DNA of 64,000 nucleotides from Callorhinchus milii (lineage: Eukaryota). Location of the stretch: contig NW_024704750.1 in NCBI RefSeq assembly GCF_018977255.1, positions 20,336,001-20,400,000 of the forward strand, read 5' to 3'. How positions within the stretch are numbered: position 1 is the first letter of the stretch; the number at the start of each line of letters is the position of its first letter. The translations under genes were made by a program, and so were the position numbers. The notes beneath the pieces are model-generated. The model ran no database searches, was not told where the DNA came from, and saw only the letters and a list, made by a program, of their open reading frames with translations. Shown here piece by piece: positions 1 through 19,750 of the stretch.

Positions 1-1709
1 CTGCTACTCTCAGCTTCACCTCTGCAGTCTGTACAACCATAAGTACAGACAATTACCTTATCTCTTTCTAATACAGCAAAATGATCACCAATCTCAGATG
101 GTAATATTTCAAATAATAAATTATTAGGAACAAAATATAATATACAGTTTAGAGTATTAAGGTTTAATGCAAAGCTGCTTCGCTTCACAAACAAAATACA
201 AGGTCTATCCACTTAAACTACATCAAAGTGCTGTGAGACATCTCAGCAACATGATAAGACGTGATATCAAATTATTTTGAAGGATTTGTATCATTATTGT
301 TATTAAATGTCAGAACAAATTAAAAATATATTATTCACCAAAAAGCGTTCACGAACTTCTTGAATGTTGTTTTAAAATGTCCCTGTCCATAATTCTCTTA
401 ATCACCTTTTCTGCTCTGACAGTTATCTGCGTTAAAGCGCTCTGGGATGCTACCCCGTATGAAGGGCGCTGTATAAATGCAAGCTGTTGTTGTTATCTGA
501 ACCCTTGAACCAGCTATTTTCACGTGAAAAACATCTCCACTGTTTTTCTTCTGAAACTCGTCATCCATTTAATTGGGAAAATGGGAACACGACTTGAGAC
601 CAGAGAGACCTGTTTACAAACATGCACCATGTACCATGGGCTGCTTTCACACTTTACTGTAAATGAAACTCTGAGCTCATTCCTGATGAGACAGAGATAT
701 ATAATTTTGTCTCAAAAGTCAAGTGACAACGAGGGTTTCTCTATATCATAAAACAAAATGAAATATTAACATTGTAACTCGCCATGTTAGTAATTTTTAT
801 TGCGACTGATTTATTCCAATTATTCCAATACGTGTTGTCCCACACAGGAGACGAGCCTGAGAACTGGCAGTCTTTACTGTAAACAGCAGCAGCGAGTGTG
901 TGAAACAAATTCCCAGAACAGCCAGGTTTTTTCATTCCGAACTGAATGAATAGCTGACTGATACTGAAAACCTTAGAGATATTGACACGAGATATCGACG
1001 CGTCTTATTGACTACGTGAAATATTGCCATCTTTGCTTCATGGTTTTGTGAAACTTTGACCGGTTGGTTGAACCTTGAGAAGCAGCTGGTGAGCTGTGAG
1101 TGTCGGTGAGCAGACCGATGGCTCCCGTGCACACATGGTCAAGTCATTGCTGAGCCCAGTGGACCCGTTTGGAGTGAGTTTTATTCTTTGCACATTATAC
1201 AGACACAGTTCCAGCAGTACCCTTAAGGCGTTGCACTCCACACCTCCACCAGAACCACTTTTAATCAACATACTGACCATCTATAGCATCCCAGTCCCTT
1301 TTATCTGATTGCCAACCAAACGTCTCGACTAGCATGTTGTCAAACCATCCAGGTCTCATCATCAACAGCACAGAATAGCTTACGCATCCCCTGTCCATTT
1401 GGTGACTCAATCCATGACTGTGCGTGGGACATATCTGTGCACAAGTGGCTGCTGCTTGTCACCCAAAAATATACAGTCAATTCACTTTACAGTATATTCT
1501 GTGAATATATATTATTATTATTATTATTTGCCTTCCCTACACACATTTCCTGTTTGCTGTCCCAGATGAACCCAATGCTTCACCTCCTGTTGTGGCTGAG
1601 ACACTTATACACCTCACATTAAGGAAGGTTAAGGGAAGGGAGGAAACCATAGAAGGAAGAAAGCTGAAATGTTGATCTCTTCCTCCCCCCCAACATTAAC
1701 ATGTTGGCC

Positions 1710-1856
1710 TCTCGTGATATCCAGTTAGCTGTTTAGAAATACATTCTTGCGAGACTTTGTGACAATTTATAACCCGAGGACCATTGATGTGAATATCCTA
1801 GAGGAAGAGAGAGTTAGCTGCCCTGAACGGTGTGACCAGTGAACAATGAAGTAAAT
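1710..1856 (+). promoter_or_regulatory. Putative core promoter and non-coding first exon of paralogue 1
   Basis: TCTCGTGA (1710-1717), CGAGAC (1750-1755), TTTATAA (1766-1772) and candidate donor GTAAAT (1851-1856). Same order and spacing as the module upstream of paralogues 2, 3, 4, 5 and 7. Confidence 0.5.
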
Positions 1857-2234
1857 TTCACATTTTGTTTTACTTTCGACCAAACTCATCAAGTATTTCA
1901 ATTGTGAAACAAAAACCTTGATACTTTTCCAATCCTAGATGACCTGCTTATGAACACTAGTAAGTACATTTTCTATATTGTTTTTGATTTGGATTGAGGT
2001 GGAGGTGATTGTATTTTCCATATCGTCCCATTACTATTAACACATCTGTGTGTTTTATCTGACTTATTCCCTAAATGTTCAAATGTGCTTTTCCTGACAA
2101 AGTTTGGCATCTTTTCCAGTCCAAAAGAGGCCCATGAACTACTTAGTTCATCAGTGACACAACAGAATCCGTCGCTGGAAAGAGATCTGAGGTTTTCCTG
2201 TTGTTCTGAATTCCTGTGAAGCTCAGTGAGGAGG

Positions 2235-5648
<3,414 letters not shown>

Positions 5649-7001
5649 GTCGCAACTCACTTTCTCATAACGAGTTCAAATTAAAATTTTAATATTGTTT
5701 CCTGCCTTTTGCCTCACTATAACGATATCCTGACACATGAATTAACTCACTGGCCATGAGTTCCAGTTTTCTGTGTAGGAGTGTAAGATCATAATAACAA
5801 ATCTTTCCATTTAACATGGCGGGATGTCTCAATGCATTTCATAGGATTTATTGTGAAGTGTAATGACTGTATTTTGAAGGCGAGAGGAGAAACTCGTCTC
5901 TTTTTGAGTTGTACCATGGGATTTTTTAACGTTCACCTGAACAGAGAGACTGAACCTCAATTTAAGGTCCTATCCGAAGGACGGCACCTCCAACATTGCA
6001 TTTATATAGCGCCTTTCACATCAGGAGGACATCTCAAACCCACACCCCAGTATGAGGAAGCTGGGGGCAGGAGCAGAGGCGTACGCTAATGGGTAGAAAC
6101 ATTAGAAAGAAATTGAACACATTAACAAAAAAACAGTCCTAGCATATCCAATATGTCCTCATGGTTTTATCACCTAAATCTAGAATTTGTAGCATCGTTG
6201 CTTGCGTTATTGTGTGAAAAATAGTAATTGTAAGCTCCAGGGTGCTGTTTTAGCGATCGGTTTGTAAATCATTCTAAACAAACTGCAGCTGACAATGTCT
6301 GATTCCATCAATAAATATATTTAGATTTACAGATTATTTGTTGTTTTGTGGTTAATAATAGTATCACTCGACTGTTTCTATTGAATAATAGAGTGATAAA
6401 ACCAATTTGCCAAACACAAATAGAGAATAACTGTCAACAACACCACCAACAAATTGGTTCATAATAAGCTATATTTGTATGCTGAAAACAGGTCCCTGAA
6501 ACATCATATCTTGTATATTTGAAACTGTTTTTCTCCTTCCGAACATTTAGAACTCACAGATCTTCCATCAAAACGTTCTAGATTTTGGTTGAACAATAAG
6601 TACAACCCAAACATGTTAAGGGCACCACCACTGAGTGGTGTTTAGCAAAGAACATTTCAACCAAATCCTAACATTAATCCTCTGAAGAAGCAACATTATT
6701 TTTAGAGAATATAATTTATTCTTTAGTGTCAGTCACCAACAGAGACATTGTAAAAATCTAGGAACATCTATATCACTACAACCTTCCTGGAACTGGTATA
6801 GTTCTTGGGCTGATTCATAACCAATGAACTTTTCAGTCCTGCAGAAATAACTATTCTGCTATCAAAATCCCAGGATTGTTCTGCTATCCCGATATCAGGA
6901 GAGACCGCCTGAGACAGAGCGGACAATCACAATTTTTAATTCCTCTCATTCGCATCCCATTATGAACACATGTGCCAATATTGTTGATTTTTTTTGTCAA
7001 C

Positions 7002-7738
7002 CAGATGTCTGACACTTATGGAAACCCTTGACCATGCTTAATCCAAACCAAACCAAGAGTTCCATGTATCCTATACATTGAAATTCACAAGATGTTTGTT
7101 GGGATGGAATGGGCACTGCCTCCCTGGAGGGTTGCATCCTGTTTACCTAATTCCGGAGAGTATTAGGCACAGGTTGGCAGGAGCCAAGGCTTGGGGTTCT
7201 TTGGAGCTGAACTGGCCCCAAGGTGACATGCCTGGCAATGAATCGAGCCAACCCTGTGTTGCGGTCTCGGTAGTCCGGTTCCTGAATCAGGAGGGTCTGT
7301 AGTATTTCCGGGCATTGCTGATGACAGCACAGCCAGCCTGGCTCATCGGCAGAACCTGGAAGGGCAGACCAGTCACTGAGAGCAGGGAGTCATTCCACTC
7401 AGCTCCTATTAAATCTTCAATCCAAAGCCCTAACAGGTAGGGTGGTCCTAACTGGATAAGCATTGGGAAATCTTGCTGGACAGCAATATCAATGGCAAGC
7501 TTTGGGTTTTTTGCTAGTTAGAGTCTAGCAATATCCCAACGCACATTCTGGGGTCCCCAAGCCTTGGCTCTTGCCAACCTGCATCTAATGCTTTCCGGAA
7601 TTGGGTAAACAGGATGCATTCTCCAGGGGAGAGAGTGTGCACTCCATTCCAACAATCTATCCCTGGTAGGTGGGATACAGAGAAATCTTGTTTTAGATGG
7701 ATATTCTTAAGCATAGTGATGCATGTGTCAGACACCTG
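7002..7738. repeat. Long imperfect inverted repeat (arms about 7002-7197 and 7556-7738) around a dispersed-repeat spacer; possible non-autonomous DNA transposon
   Basis: CAGATGTCTGACAC pairs with GTGTCAGACACCTG. TGCATCCTGTTTACCTAATTCCGGA and CAGGTTGGCAGGAGCCAAGGCTTGGGG have reverse-complement matches at 7556-7620. Related pieces occur at about 51090-51265, 59445-59565, 14420-14480 and 30460-30500. Confidence 0.6.
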
Positions 7739-8949
7739 CTCCTTCTCACTCATCTGCTGCCTGGGATTTAATTCTTCCTTTCTCCATTCATCATCGAAAA
7801 GAATTACAATCCTGTTGTTCATCAACCCAAGAAACCCAGGATATGTCCTCCCTCTATCCCCCACCACCACCAAGTTTGGGCACTGGTTTGGTGAGTTTGA
7901 GAGAGTACTAAAAATATGAATAGGATGCCATTATATACACGTAGAAATTAACTCTACGTTTAACTCTGAATCAGAATTATCGCAAGAAGAAAATAGGAGG
8001 AGGTTGGATCTCTGTTACATGGATTGAAGTAAAATAGTAACCCACGTTGGGGAAAGAACAAAGAAATGGTATGAGGACAGACAGCGCCAATGGAGAAGTT
8101 AGATACAATGAAGCAAATGATCATTTGCGTTATAAGCTTTGCATCAACATGAAAAATGAACATTGTAGCCTGGGAGCTTCAAATAACCTCTCATCACAGT
8201 AACCAGTCACTCGTTGACATTATTCTTTGTTTCCTTTGTTTAATTTCCACATCAGGCAACCTTCAGCACACAGGAGAGTGGAGTGTACAATCTGTCGCAC
8301 GTCACTGTGAATAACCCCAATGATGGTTGAATACAACTTTTTGTAACATTCCCCAAACGTGATTAAACTTCAATAATTGTTAGCGACTGTTGTGGGCAGC
8401 CCAGTGATTGCTATTCACTGATATAGATATAGAAATGTACATGATATCGAGTCCCTCAACAACTGAGAAAATCCCAAGTGAAAATAACACCAAACACAAG
8501 CTCAGTTATAACACTGGAGAAATTTGCAACACCGGGTTCTCAATGCACAGACTGTTAAACTTACGCTGCACGTAACTTAATGACATTGAGAAGGAACACT
8601 ACATTTTGGAATATGTCCTTTAAAAACAGTGACATGCGGAGACACTGTAAGTAATGTGGGGACATTCTTATGAATATAATGTTCCTGGAAACATGATATT
8701 TATTATTATTATTATTATATTTTCAAAACAAATCATGAAACTTATTGAGAGTCCACTGGTTTCTCACTAGCACTGAGTGTCCAGTTGGAGGTAAGATTGC
8801 ACTCTGCTGAAGGGATAGAATGTAGCAGCAGTCAATCCTCTTCAGTGGATTCAGTCATTCAGAGGATGAAATGCCACCCACACAGTATTCCACAGCAGTG
8901 TTAATGGTTGGTTGCCAGTCCTGGCAGCTCAGCAGTTAAAGCAGTTGAA

Positions 8950-9255
8950 GGGTGTCTCAAAGCGTTTCACAGAATATATTGCAAAGTGTAGTGAATGTGT
9001 ATTTTGTGGGCTTAACGCAGCAGCCAATTGCGCACAGCAGTGTCCCACAACGAGTGATGGATTGAGCGACCACATTTCGTTTGAGGGAATATCACTCCCA
9101 GAAAGTGATCTGCCAATCGACTGACACCCGAGGTCCTATTTACTGCTAGGTAAACAGAGGGGTGTGGAGTAAAGAAAGTTGCCCAGGTTTCGCCCCACCT
9201 GGGAAATGATCCCGAGTCCTCTCGCTTGCAAGGCACGGGCTCTAACCACTGCGCT
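8950..9255 (-). mobile_element. tRNA-derived Deu-type SINE
   Basis: Reverse complement of the window's dominant SINE: GCAGCCAATTGCGCACAGCAGTGTCCCACAA core and GCTCTAACCACTG head. Confidence 0.75.
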
Positions 9256-12017
9256 ATGCTGCTCCAAGCTAGTTATGTTAGATATCCAGAATGTATAATT
9301 TCCAGTGTTAAGGGGAAAAGGCAGGTAAACAATCCTTGCATTTGATACATAATGCTTTATCATATCCAATCAAGATTTCTCAAAGTGCTTCACATGAACT
9401 ACTGTAGAGTGTATAGTAGTGATATTTTGTAGGTCAATGCTGCAACCAATTTGCTTGCAGCAATGTCCCACAAACAACTACGAAGTGAGTGACCAATTTT
9501 ATTTGGGGATTGTTGGCCAGAACAATAGGAAAAACATCCTTCACTTTTCGAATAGTTCCAAGGGAACCACAAGCCTAATCTTGGTTTCACGTCTAATCAG
9601 AAGGCCCACACCTCTGACAATGCTGCACTCCTCCAAAACTGCACTGAAATATGAGGACGATAAATTCATTCTTGCCGGTGATTGGGAGTTTAAAACCTGA
9701 GACAATGCTCAGTTGTAATTTTTGTGAAACGTATTTCAGGCTGGGGAAACAACTCAGCTGCACAATGTGTTTTGCAGAAATAATCATGGGAATAATCAAT
9801 AAATTGGTTTTGACTGTGTTTTTATTTCCGACCAAGTTGCTGAACAGTTTCCCTGCCATTGTGCTGTTCCTCCTCTCTGTGTTTCACTCTTTCTGCAATC
9901 ACTTTCTTGTCTAAAATCAACGTATTTCTGTCTCCCCCCACCTCCCATGCCCCCGGGTCCCTTGTGTGCTCGGACTTTCCCATTACTCTGTTGCTTCTCC
10001 AGTAACAAGTGTGATTGAGGCTTTTCTTCCATTCTGAGGCCCGATCCACAACAGCCTCGACTAACGTGGAGTCACCAATAGCTACTTATACAATCTGACA
10101 GCATCTGCTAATGGGGAGATGAGCGAGGGATTTGGCATCTGAGAGGGACTGTGTGATTTTATTCCTCCAGAACACCTTCCCTGCCATCCTTCCGACACAG
10201 TATCAAGCTGCTTTATCAAATGTGTCCAGTGTACTGTTCCCAGAAATCTGCTTCAGTTGTTAACTGCCCCTCAGATATAGAAATACCAGGAAGTCAAACA
10301 GGTTTTTACTGTATGGGATGACTTGTAGGATGGGAATCCTGGAAGTATTGAAATGGCAGTATCTGAAGGGCCCAATCCATAGCCCAAGCCTCTCTTGTGA
10401 TCTTCTGATACTTGCTCCCTCTTAGAGACCCCAATACGTCCCTCCCCTACCCAGAAGTTTCATCAGATGTTTTGACAAACAGGGGTTTCATAAACTATTT
10501 AAAATCCATATTCCTTCCATTTGACACAACTTCTTATCACGTCATTAAAACATCTTCTCCCTTGCCTCCTTTGGTCATCCTCCCATTCCCATCCCCTTGT
10601 CCTCCACCCCTCTTGATTCCAACCCCAGTTTGAATGGAAATCCTTCACCGTCCAGCACCTTGGAACACCTTTCCGATATGAAAGAAGCTGTATAAATGCA
10701 ATTTGTTGTTGTTGTTGTTGTTATTATCTTAAAGTACTTTTGCAAAGTGTAGTGACAATGTATTTGTCGACGATCACAGCAGCAATGTCCCACAATTGAA
10801 TGATCAATTTTATCTGGGGGCTTGTTGGCTTCCTTTTCCTTGTGTATAGTTCAATGGATCTTTAACATCAACCAACAGCGCCATAAGGGATCTTGGTTTA
10901 ACATCTCCTCTGAAGGACTGCAACTTAGAGAATGCAACTTGCCCTCATTATTGAAGGACACAATTTGATGCACAGACATCTTTATTCCGCTGTTTCTGGA
11001 TATGCAAATATAGGCGTTGGGCGCAATGAGTTGAAATCAAAATTACAAATCTATTAGTTTTACGAATAACAAAAAGCACAGCAGCCCCTCGGTCAAACTA
11101 AGCTCCACATAAACATTTCAAAACAAATACAAAACAATACTTCAACTAAACATTATACAATAGGAAGGAAAAATATCAAGTTGCTAAGTTACGAAGTAAC
11201 TGAAGTAAATCTCAGAGTCATCACAACAATAAAGCAAGCGCACAATTCCAACATTAAGTCGAAAAACCCGATGGGTTCCCCGTAAATGCAGTGGACCACG
11301 CCGATCGCACAGACTGACTGATGTAAATGTGTTGGTTGTTTTTTGGCTGCGGTTAGCGAGTTCTTCATTGTCTTCTCCTTTCTCGTATTTTATTTTTGTT
11401 TTATTTGCTCCTGGGTAACTTCATTCATTGTCATAATAATAATTCTTGTATTTGATTTCACCTTTCATATCGAGAGGACATCTCAAAGCACTTCACAGGA
11501 CATAGTATAAAATTGAGGGACCATGTTTTGGGGGCCAAGGCGGCAGCGAATTTGTGCACAAACATCCGTGAAATGAATGGCCAATATTAATTTGGGGGTT
11601 AATGTCCAGGACTCTTTTTTGGACAGTGCCATGGGATTTTTAACATCTCATCCTAAGGAGGGCACCTCCATCTATACAGCACTCTCCAGCACTGCATTGG
11701 AGCATCAGCCTAGATTATATGAGTTCCAAGTTCCAACATGGGGCATGAGCCGATAACCTTCTAGCTCAGAATCAAGAGTGTTACCAATTAAACCATGGCA
11801 AGCGGGTGATCCAATTATATCACATGTAGGAACACCAAACTCAGATATAGTGAGTGAGATTCTCTTTACAGGAGAAATGGAGAGAGAAGAGGGTCATAAC
11901 ACAAATATGATGGCAATATGAAAAATATTCAACAAACTAATTTTGCGAAAGTGAGGCTCCATCAGGAATCCAAACAGCTACAATACAAATGATCATCGGC
12001 TTCTGCACCAACCGAGC

Positions 12018-14775
<2,758 letters not shown>

Positions 14776-15298
14776 CCTCTCTGACCTCCAGTCACAATCT
14801 CAAATTATTCAGGAAAACTGAACGTTTACTGAAAAAGTGGGAAAAGACTCTCAGCACAATCCAACAGCTTGCATAGTATCCTTCACATAAGGCAGCATCC
14901 CTAAATGATTTGCGTTCAGTTGACATTTATAATAATAATAAAAATTAATGATAATAATATATAATAATCCTTGCATTTGAAATACCATACAACTTACAGA
15001 TGTGTTAGACTTTTATTGATTTGGAACCAAGCCTCCAATCCGTAAAGTTGTAGTAACTATGTTTTCCCAATGGATTTATGGCGTCACCAACACATAACGG
15101 TTTTACTTATAATCAAAATGAAAATATTTTTAAAAATGTGTAGATATTTACCAGCAAGCCATTCAATTAAATTTAACACCTGTGTCAAAGAGGATTTTAT
15201 TGTAAGATATATTGACTGTAAATTTACAAAGTGCACATAATCTGTGTCACTGCTGAAGCTAATTTACGTTGTGTTGTTTGGCTGGAAATACAAAAACA

Positions 15299-15430
15299 AC
15301 TTACTCAATAATTCTTCAGAGTTCCCCGATGATCTTTGCACTGGCAGGAATCACACATGGAAGGTGACCTTGGTTTTAAGCATTCAAAATCTCGCGGAAA
15401 AGTTTCCTTTGCAATCAGGGTTTCGCGAGA
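15299..15430 (-). promoter_or_regulatory. Putative core promoter and non-coding first exon of paralogue 2
   Basis: On the minus strand: TCTCGCGA (15430-15423), CGAGATTTTG, TTAAAA (15379-15374) and donor GTAAGT (15304-15299). Confidence 0.55.
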
Positions 15431-16437
15431 GCCTTGCTTTAACATTGTAGCACGTATTGTTCACGTGGCCTGCAAGCCTTTCACTCCTTTCAGTAGCGGC
15501 ACCCCTTCATTACACGTTGCACCATTACTGGATCGGGCTGCCGCTCCAGGGCAGACCCATCCTGTGCCAACAATGTCTGTGGACATCAATGACCTCTTGG
15601 CTGAACAAATTGTGCTGTTTCATGGATGTCCCACGGTTTGAGCCTTTGCTGGGGCTCCAAACAGCTTAATTTGTGCAATGTTCATCCCAAACATAGTTTA
15701 AATTCTTTGAAATGGGCCGTCCTTTGGATGAGATGTTAAAACTGAGGTCTCGGATTGAAGCATCAGCTGAGACAAGGTGATTCTAAGTCCTGACGTGGGG
15801 CTTGAACCCTCATAACTTTCCATAACTTTCCATAACTTTCAGTACACCTACTTCATCAGGTAAATGACTACATGCCATGTCCACCTGTCAGAACAAAGTG
15901 TCAGAAGGTGGTTCAGTTCTTGTCTGGGATCGGTTACACTTACAGTTACAATGAGATGACTCTGCTCCACTTTGCAACACATTTTGACGTTGGGAAATTA
16001 TGAAACTTTGAAGAAAACAGACACATCACGATCCCGTTAAAGCTATGGGGACCCCGTGATTGGGAACAAAATGTGTTTCTTGACTTTGTTGCATTTTTCA
16101 GAGTTGCCGTCCTATGGATGAGACATTAAAACTGAGGTCCCACTTTGAAGTGTCAGCTGAGACTTTGTGATTCCAAGTCCCGATGTGGGGCTTGAACCCA
16201 CAACCTTCTGACTCAGAGGCCAGAGCCCTACCACTGCGCCAGTCTCACACACAGTGAAAATGCTTAATGTTAATGTGGAACTATCTTAAAAACTTATTAA
16301 AAAGTCGGAACCTTTTACTGAAAGGTATTAATCAAATCCGCTATAATACTAGACTGAGTAAATCTTTCAAACTAGCCTCCTGGCTGAATGGCCTCCTTCT
16401 GTGCTGTAATATTCTATGATTCTATAAGTCCAGGTCA

Positions 16438-16500
16438 TTTATTTAATATTTAGCTAGTTACTGGCTCTCAAGTCGAGTAACTAGCTAAATATTAAATAAA
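16438..16500. repeat. Perfect 25-bp inverted repeat with 13-nt loop (variants at 28189-28255 and 38526-38592)
   Basis: TTTATTTAATATTTAGCTAGTTACT - GGCTCTCAAGTCG - AGTAACTAGCTAAATATTAAATAAA. Confidence 0.9.
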
Positions 16501-16619
16501 CTTTATATTGATTTACAGCATGGAAACAGGCCATTCGGCCCAGTTTGTCCATCTTGCTGTTTGTACTCCACGTACTCCACTTCTTAGTCCCTCGCTTCTA
16601 TTCCCTTGTTCCTCAGAGA

Positions 16620-16890
16620 AGCACAAGCGAGGGACCTGGATTTGATTCTCAGCAGGACGAAGCTTTGGGTAAGTTTCCTTGCTCTACGCACCTCTGTTTA
16701 CCGAGCAGTAAGTAGGAACCCGGTTATCGGTCGATTGGCAGATGACTTTTCCGGGGGGTAATAATTCCTTCAAAAAAAAAATTGGTCACTCAATCCACGA
16801 CTGTTTGTGGGACACTGCTGCGTGTAATTGGCTGTTGTGTTTCGCCTACAAAATACACAGTCAATTAACTTTACAGTATATTCTGTGAGC
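16620..16890 (+). mobile_element. tRNA-derived Deu-type SINE, slightly 5'-truncated
   Basis: CTGTTTGTGGGACACTGCTG...AATTGGCTG core and ACAGTATATTCTGTGA segment. Homologous to the SINE at about 28872-29210. Confidence 0.75.
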
Positions 16891-16894
16891 GTCT

Positions 16895-19750
16895 CAGAGC
16901 GCTTCACAGTAACGGATCCCGGGAGCGAGTCGGGGGGAGGGGGGGAAGGTGACCAAAGACGCGGTCGAAGAGAAAGGTCTTCAACAGAGAACTGAAAATG
17001 GGAAGGGACGGAACGAGACAAAGGGAGAGAGGGAGTTCTAGAGCCTCGGGGCATAGTGGCTGAAGGGACGGCCGCCGCAGGTGGAGCGGAGGAATCAGGG
17101 GACAAGGAGGAGGCCAGACCCGGAGGAACGAAGGCAACGGGTACTGTTTTGAGGAGAGAGGAGGTCAGGGAGGTCGGGGGGTGCAGAGGAGTGCAGAGAC
17201 TTGAATACAAGGATGAGGATCTTGAAGTCGATCCTCTCTGGGATAGGCAGCCAATGCAGTCTGGTAAGAACTGGGGTGATCGGGGAGCGGAGTTTCGTGC
17301 GGGTGAGAATGCGGGCGGCAGACTTTTGAATGATTTGGATTTTATGGATGGTAGTGGATGGGAGACCAGCGAGGAGGGTGTTGGAGTAGTCCAGCCGAGA
17401 GGTTGACAAAGGCATGGACCAGGGTTTCAGCAGCTTTTATATAAAAACCAATTTGCCAAACACAAATAGAGAATAACTGTCAACAACATCACCAACAAAT
17501 TGGTGGCAGAGAGAGCCCTGGTCACAGATAGAGAGGATGTCATTTGTGACTTTCACAAGCGCAGTCTCTGTAACTGTGGGCAGGGCGGAAACTGGACTGG
17601 AGGGGTTCGAAGAGGAAGTGGGAGGAGAGGTGTGCGTGAAGTTGGTTGGCAACAACGCATTCTAGAACTGTTGAGAGGAAGGGCAGGTTAGAAATAGGAC
17701 AGTAATGGTTGGGGTTTGAGGGATCTAGGGAGGGTTTTTTCAGGAGGGGGGTGATGACAGCAGTTTTGAGTGAGACAGGAACTGATCCGGAGGAGAAGGA
17801 CTGGTTGATAATGTCAGCCAGTAGTGGGCAGAGGAGGGGGAGCTGGGTGACCAGTAAGTTGGTGTGGAGGAGGTCGAGGCAGCAGGTGGTGGGTTTCATG
17901 GAGGTGATGGTGGGTGAGAGGGAGGAGGGAGAGATGGGGAGGAAGGAATGTAGAATGGGGGTGGTGGTAGGAGCAGATGATGAGGAAGGTGAGGGGGACA
18001 GAGAGGGCGAGGTGGTGGCAGGTGGATGAGGCTGCCTGGCGGATGTTAAGTATTTTAGATGAAAAGAAGTCCATGACCTCGTCGCACTTGGCATTTGATA
18101 CGAAGATTGAGGAGGCCTGAGGGGGCCACAGAGGAGGTAAAGGGTGGTGGAAAAAAGAATTTTAGGGTTATATTTAACCTCCAAGATGATGTTGGAGTAG
18201 AAGTCGTTTTTGCATGTGTCAAAGAACGGCTGTAGCTGTGGAGATGTTCGAACCACAATTGGCGGTGGACTGTCAGGCCAGTTTTCCGCCATCTGCAGAG
18301 CAGACAGCTTTGGATTTTTTGGCAGCGGAGGTGGTTGTTGTACCAGTGGGGTCGGGTGGGTTTGGAGATGGTCCTGGATTTCACGGGGACGAGGGAGTTG
18401 AAGGTGGAGGTGATGCGATCATGGAGAAGCTGGACGGCTGATTCAGGATCTCCACGGATGGAAGGCCAAAGAGATAGGATGTTTGATGATGAGAGGGCCT
18501 TTGTGAGGGTCTCAGGGGCTAGCCTTTTCAAGGGCGGTAGAGGATGGTTGAGAGCTTGGTGGAGGAGAGAGGGATGTGAGAGGAGAAGGAGATGAAAAAA
18601 TGGTCCAAGATGGCCTTGTCCACTATGCTGAGGACGGAAATGTCAAGGTCATGGGTGATGACGAGGTCAAGTGCATGACCATGGTTGTGGGTGGGTGAAT
18701 TTATATGGAGGGTAAGGTTTAGGGAGGAGAGGAGGGCAGTGAAATCAGCAGAAGTCGTGCAAGGGGAGTTTAGGTGGAGGTTGAAATCATCCATTATGAG
18801 TAGGCGCTTGGAGCAGAGGGACAGGGAAGAGAGGGGAGTAGAGATGTCTGTGTGGAAGGAGCCGGGGGGCTTAGCTTAGCGGGGGCGGTAGACAAGGAGG
18901 ATTTTCAAAGGGAGAGAGGGGTGGAAGAGGGTGAGGTGCTCGAAGGAGGGTAAGCAGCCAGAGGAGTAGGGGGTGAGACCAAGGGAGGCTTTGGAAATGA
19001 AGGCCACCCCGCCACCACGTTGGTTTGGACGGGTGGGGGGGTGTGGTGGAAGGTGTAGCCTGGAGGGGAGGCTTCCACTAGGGGGACGGGGTCATTGGGG
19101 GAGAGCCAGGTTTCAGTGAGCCCAAGAATGTCAAGGTGCTCGTCCAGAATGAGGTCGTGGATGGTGAGGGCTTTATTTGAGAGGGAACGGACATTTTGGA
19201 GGATAAATGCGTGTGGGTTCGCTGGAGGGGGGGAGGGGGGGGAGGAGAGAATGGTGCGGAGAGGATTTGGGGTTTACAGGAGAGATGGTTGTGGAGAGTG
19301 ATGTGAGTGGAGAGTTGGGGAGGGTAGGTATGAGGGAAGGGGGAGTTGGGTTTGCCTTAAGGAGGTGGTTTGAGTGGAGGGAGTGAGTGATGGTACACGT
19401 GGGGTTGCTGCTCTGGGAAAGCCAGTGCCGGGAGCCACGATGGGCCCGGTGGAGGATGCCCAGGCTGGACCAGAGGGAAGTGGTGATGGGGTCGAGGAGA
19501 GAGAGAAGGCGGGGATGGCGGTGGGAGAGAAGGACAAAGGGGGAGTAGCGGATAAAGGGGGGGGTGGTGGGAGGAGAGACATGGAAGGAGGGTGGGAGGG
19601 GAGACATTTAGAGTGGAGGGGGAGGCTCAGGTCGGGGTGGCAGCCAAAACCACGCACCCAGAGACCGGGAGCGAGCGATCAGCGAGACAGCATCAGCCCT
19701 CAAGCTTAGCCTCCCAGGTCATGGCCAGGATGGCAGTGCCAGGGGCCAGG
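16895..19750 (-). mobile_element. L2-clade LINE, long decayed copy with endonuclease and partial RT, and an internal RT deletion
   Basis: APE endonuclease motifs (NVRSLSNK...ILGLTETWL at about 19200-19100; DFNLHLN), RT N-terminal part (PLLKKPSLDP..PISNLPFLS..LQSSFRPAHS, TETALVKVTND) and an L2-type C-terminus ([14 protein letters not shown]...[19 protein letters not shown]). Many frameshifts. Confidence 0.9.

Noticed and set aside
910-918. STAT/GAS-like TTCCCAGAA near several paralogues (910; reverse strand at 24120, 34457, 44786), suggesting cytokine induction
   Set aside because: It also occurs intergenically (about 10238). Three of the hits are one duplicated site, positions relative to the inferred promoters differ, and no such site was seen for paralogues 2, 6 or 7. 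Compatible with chance.
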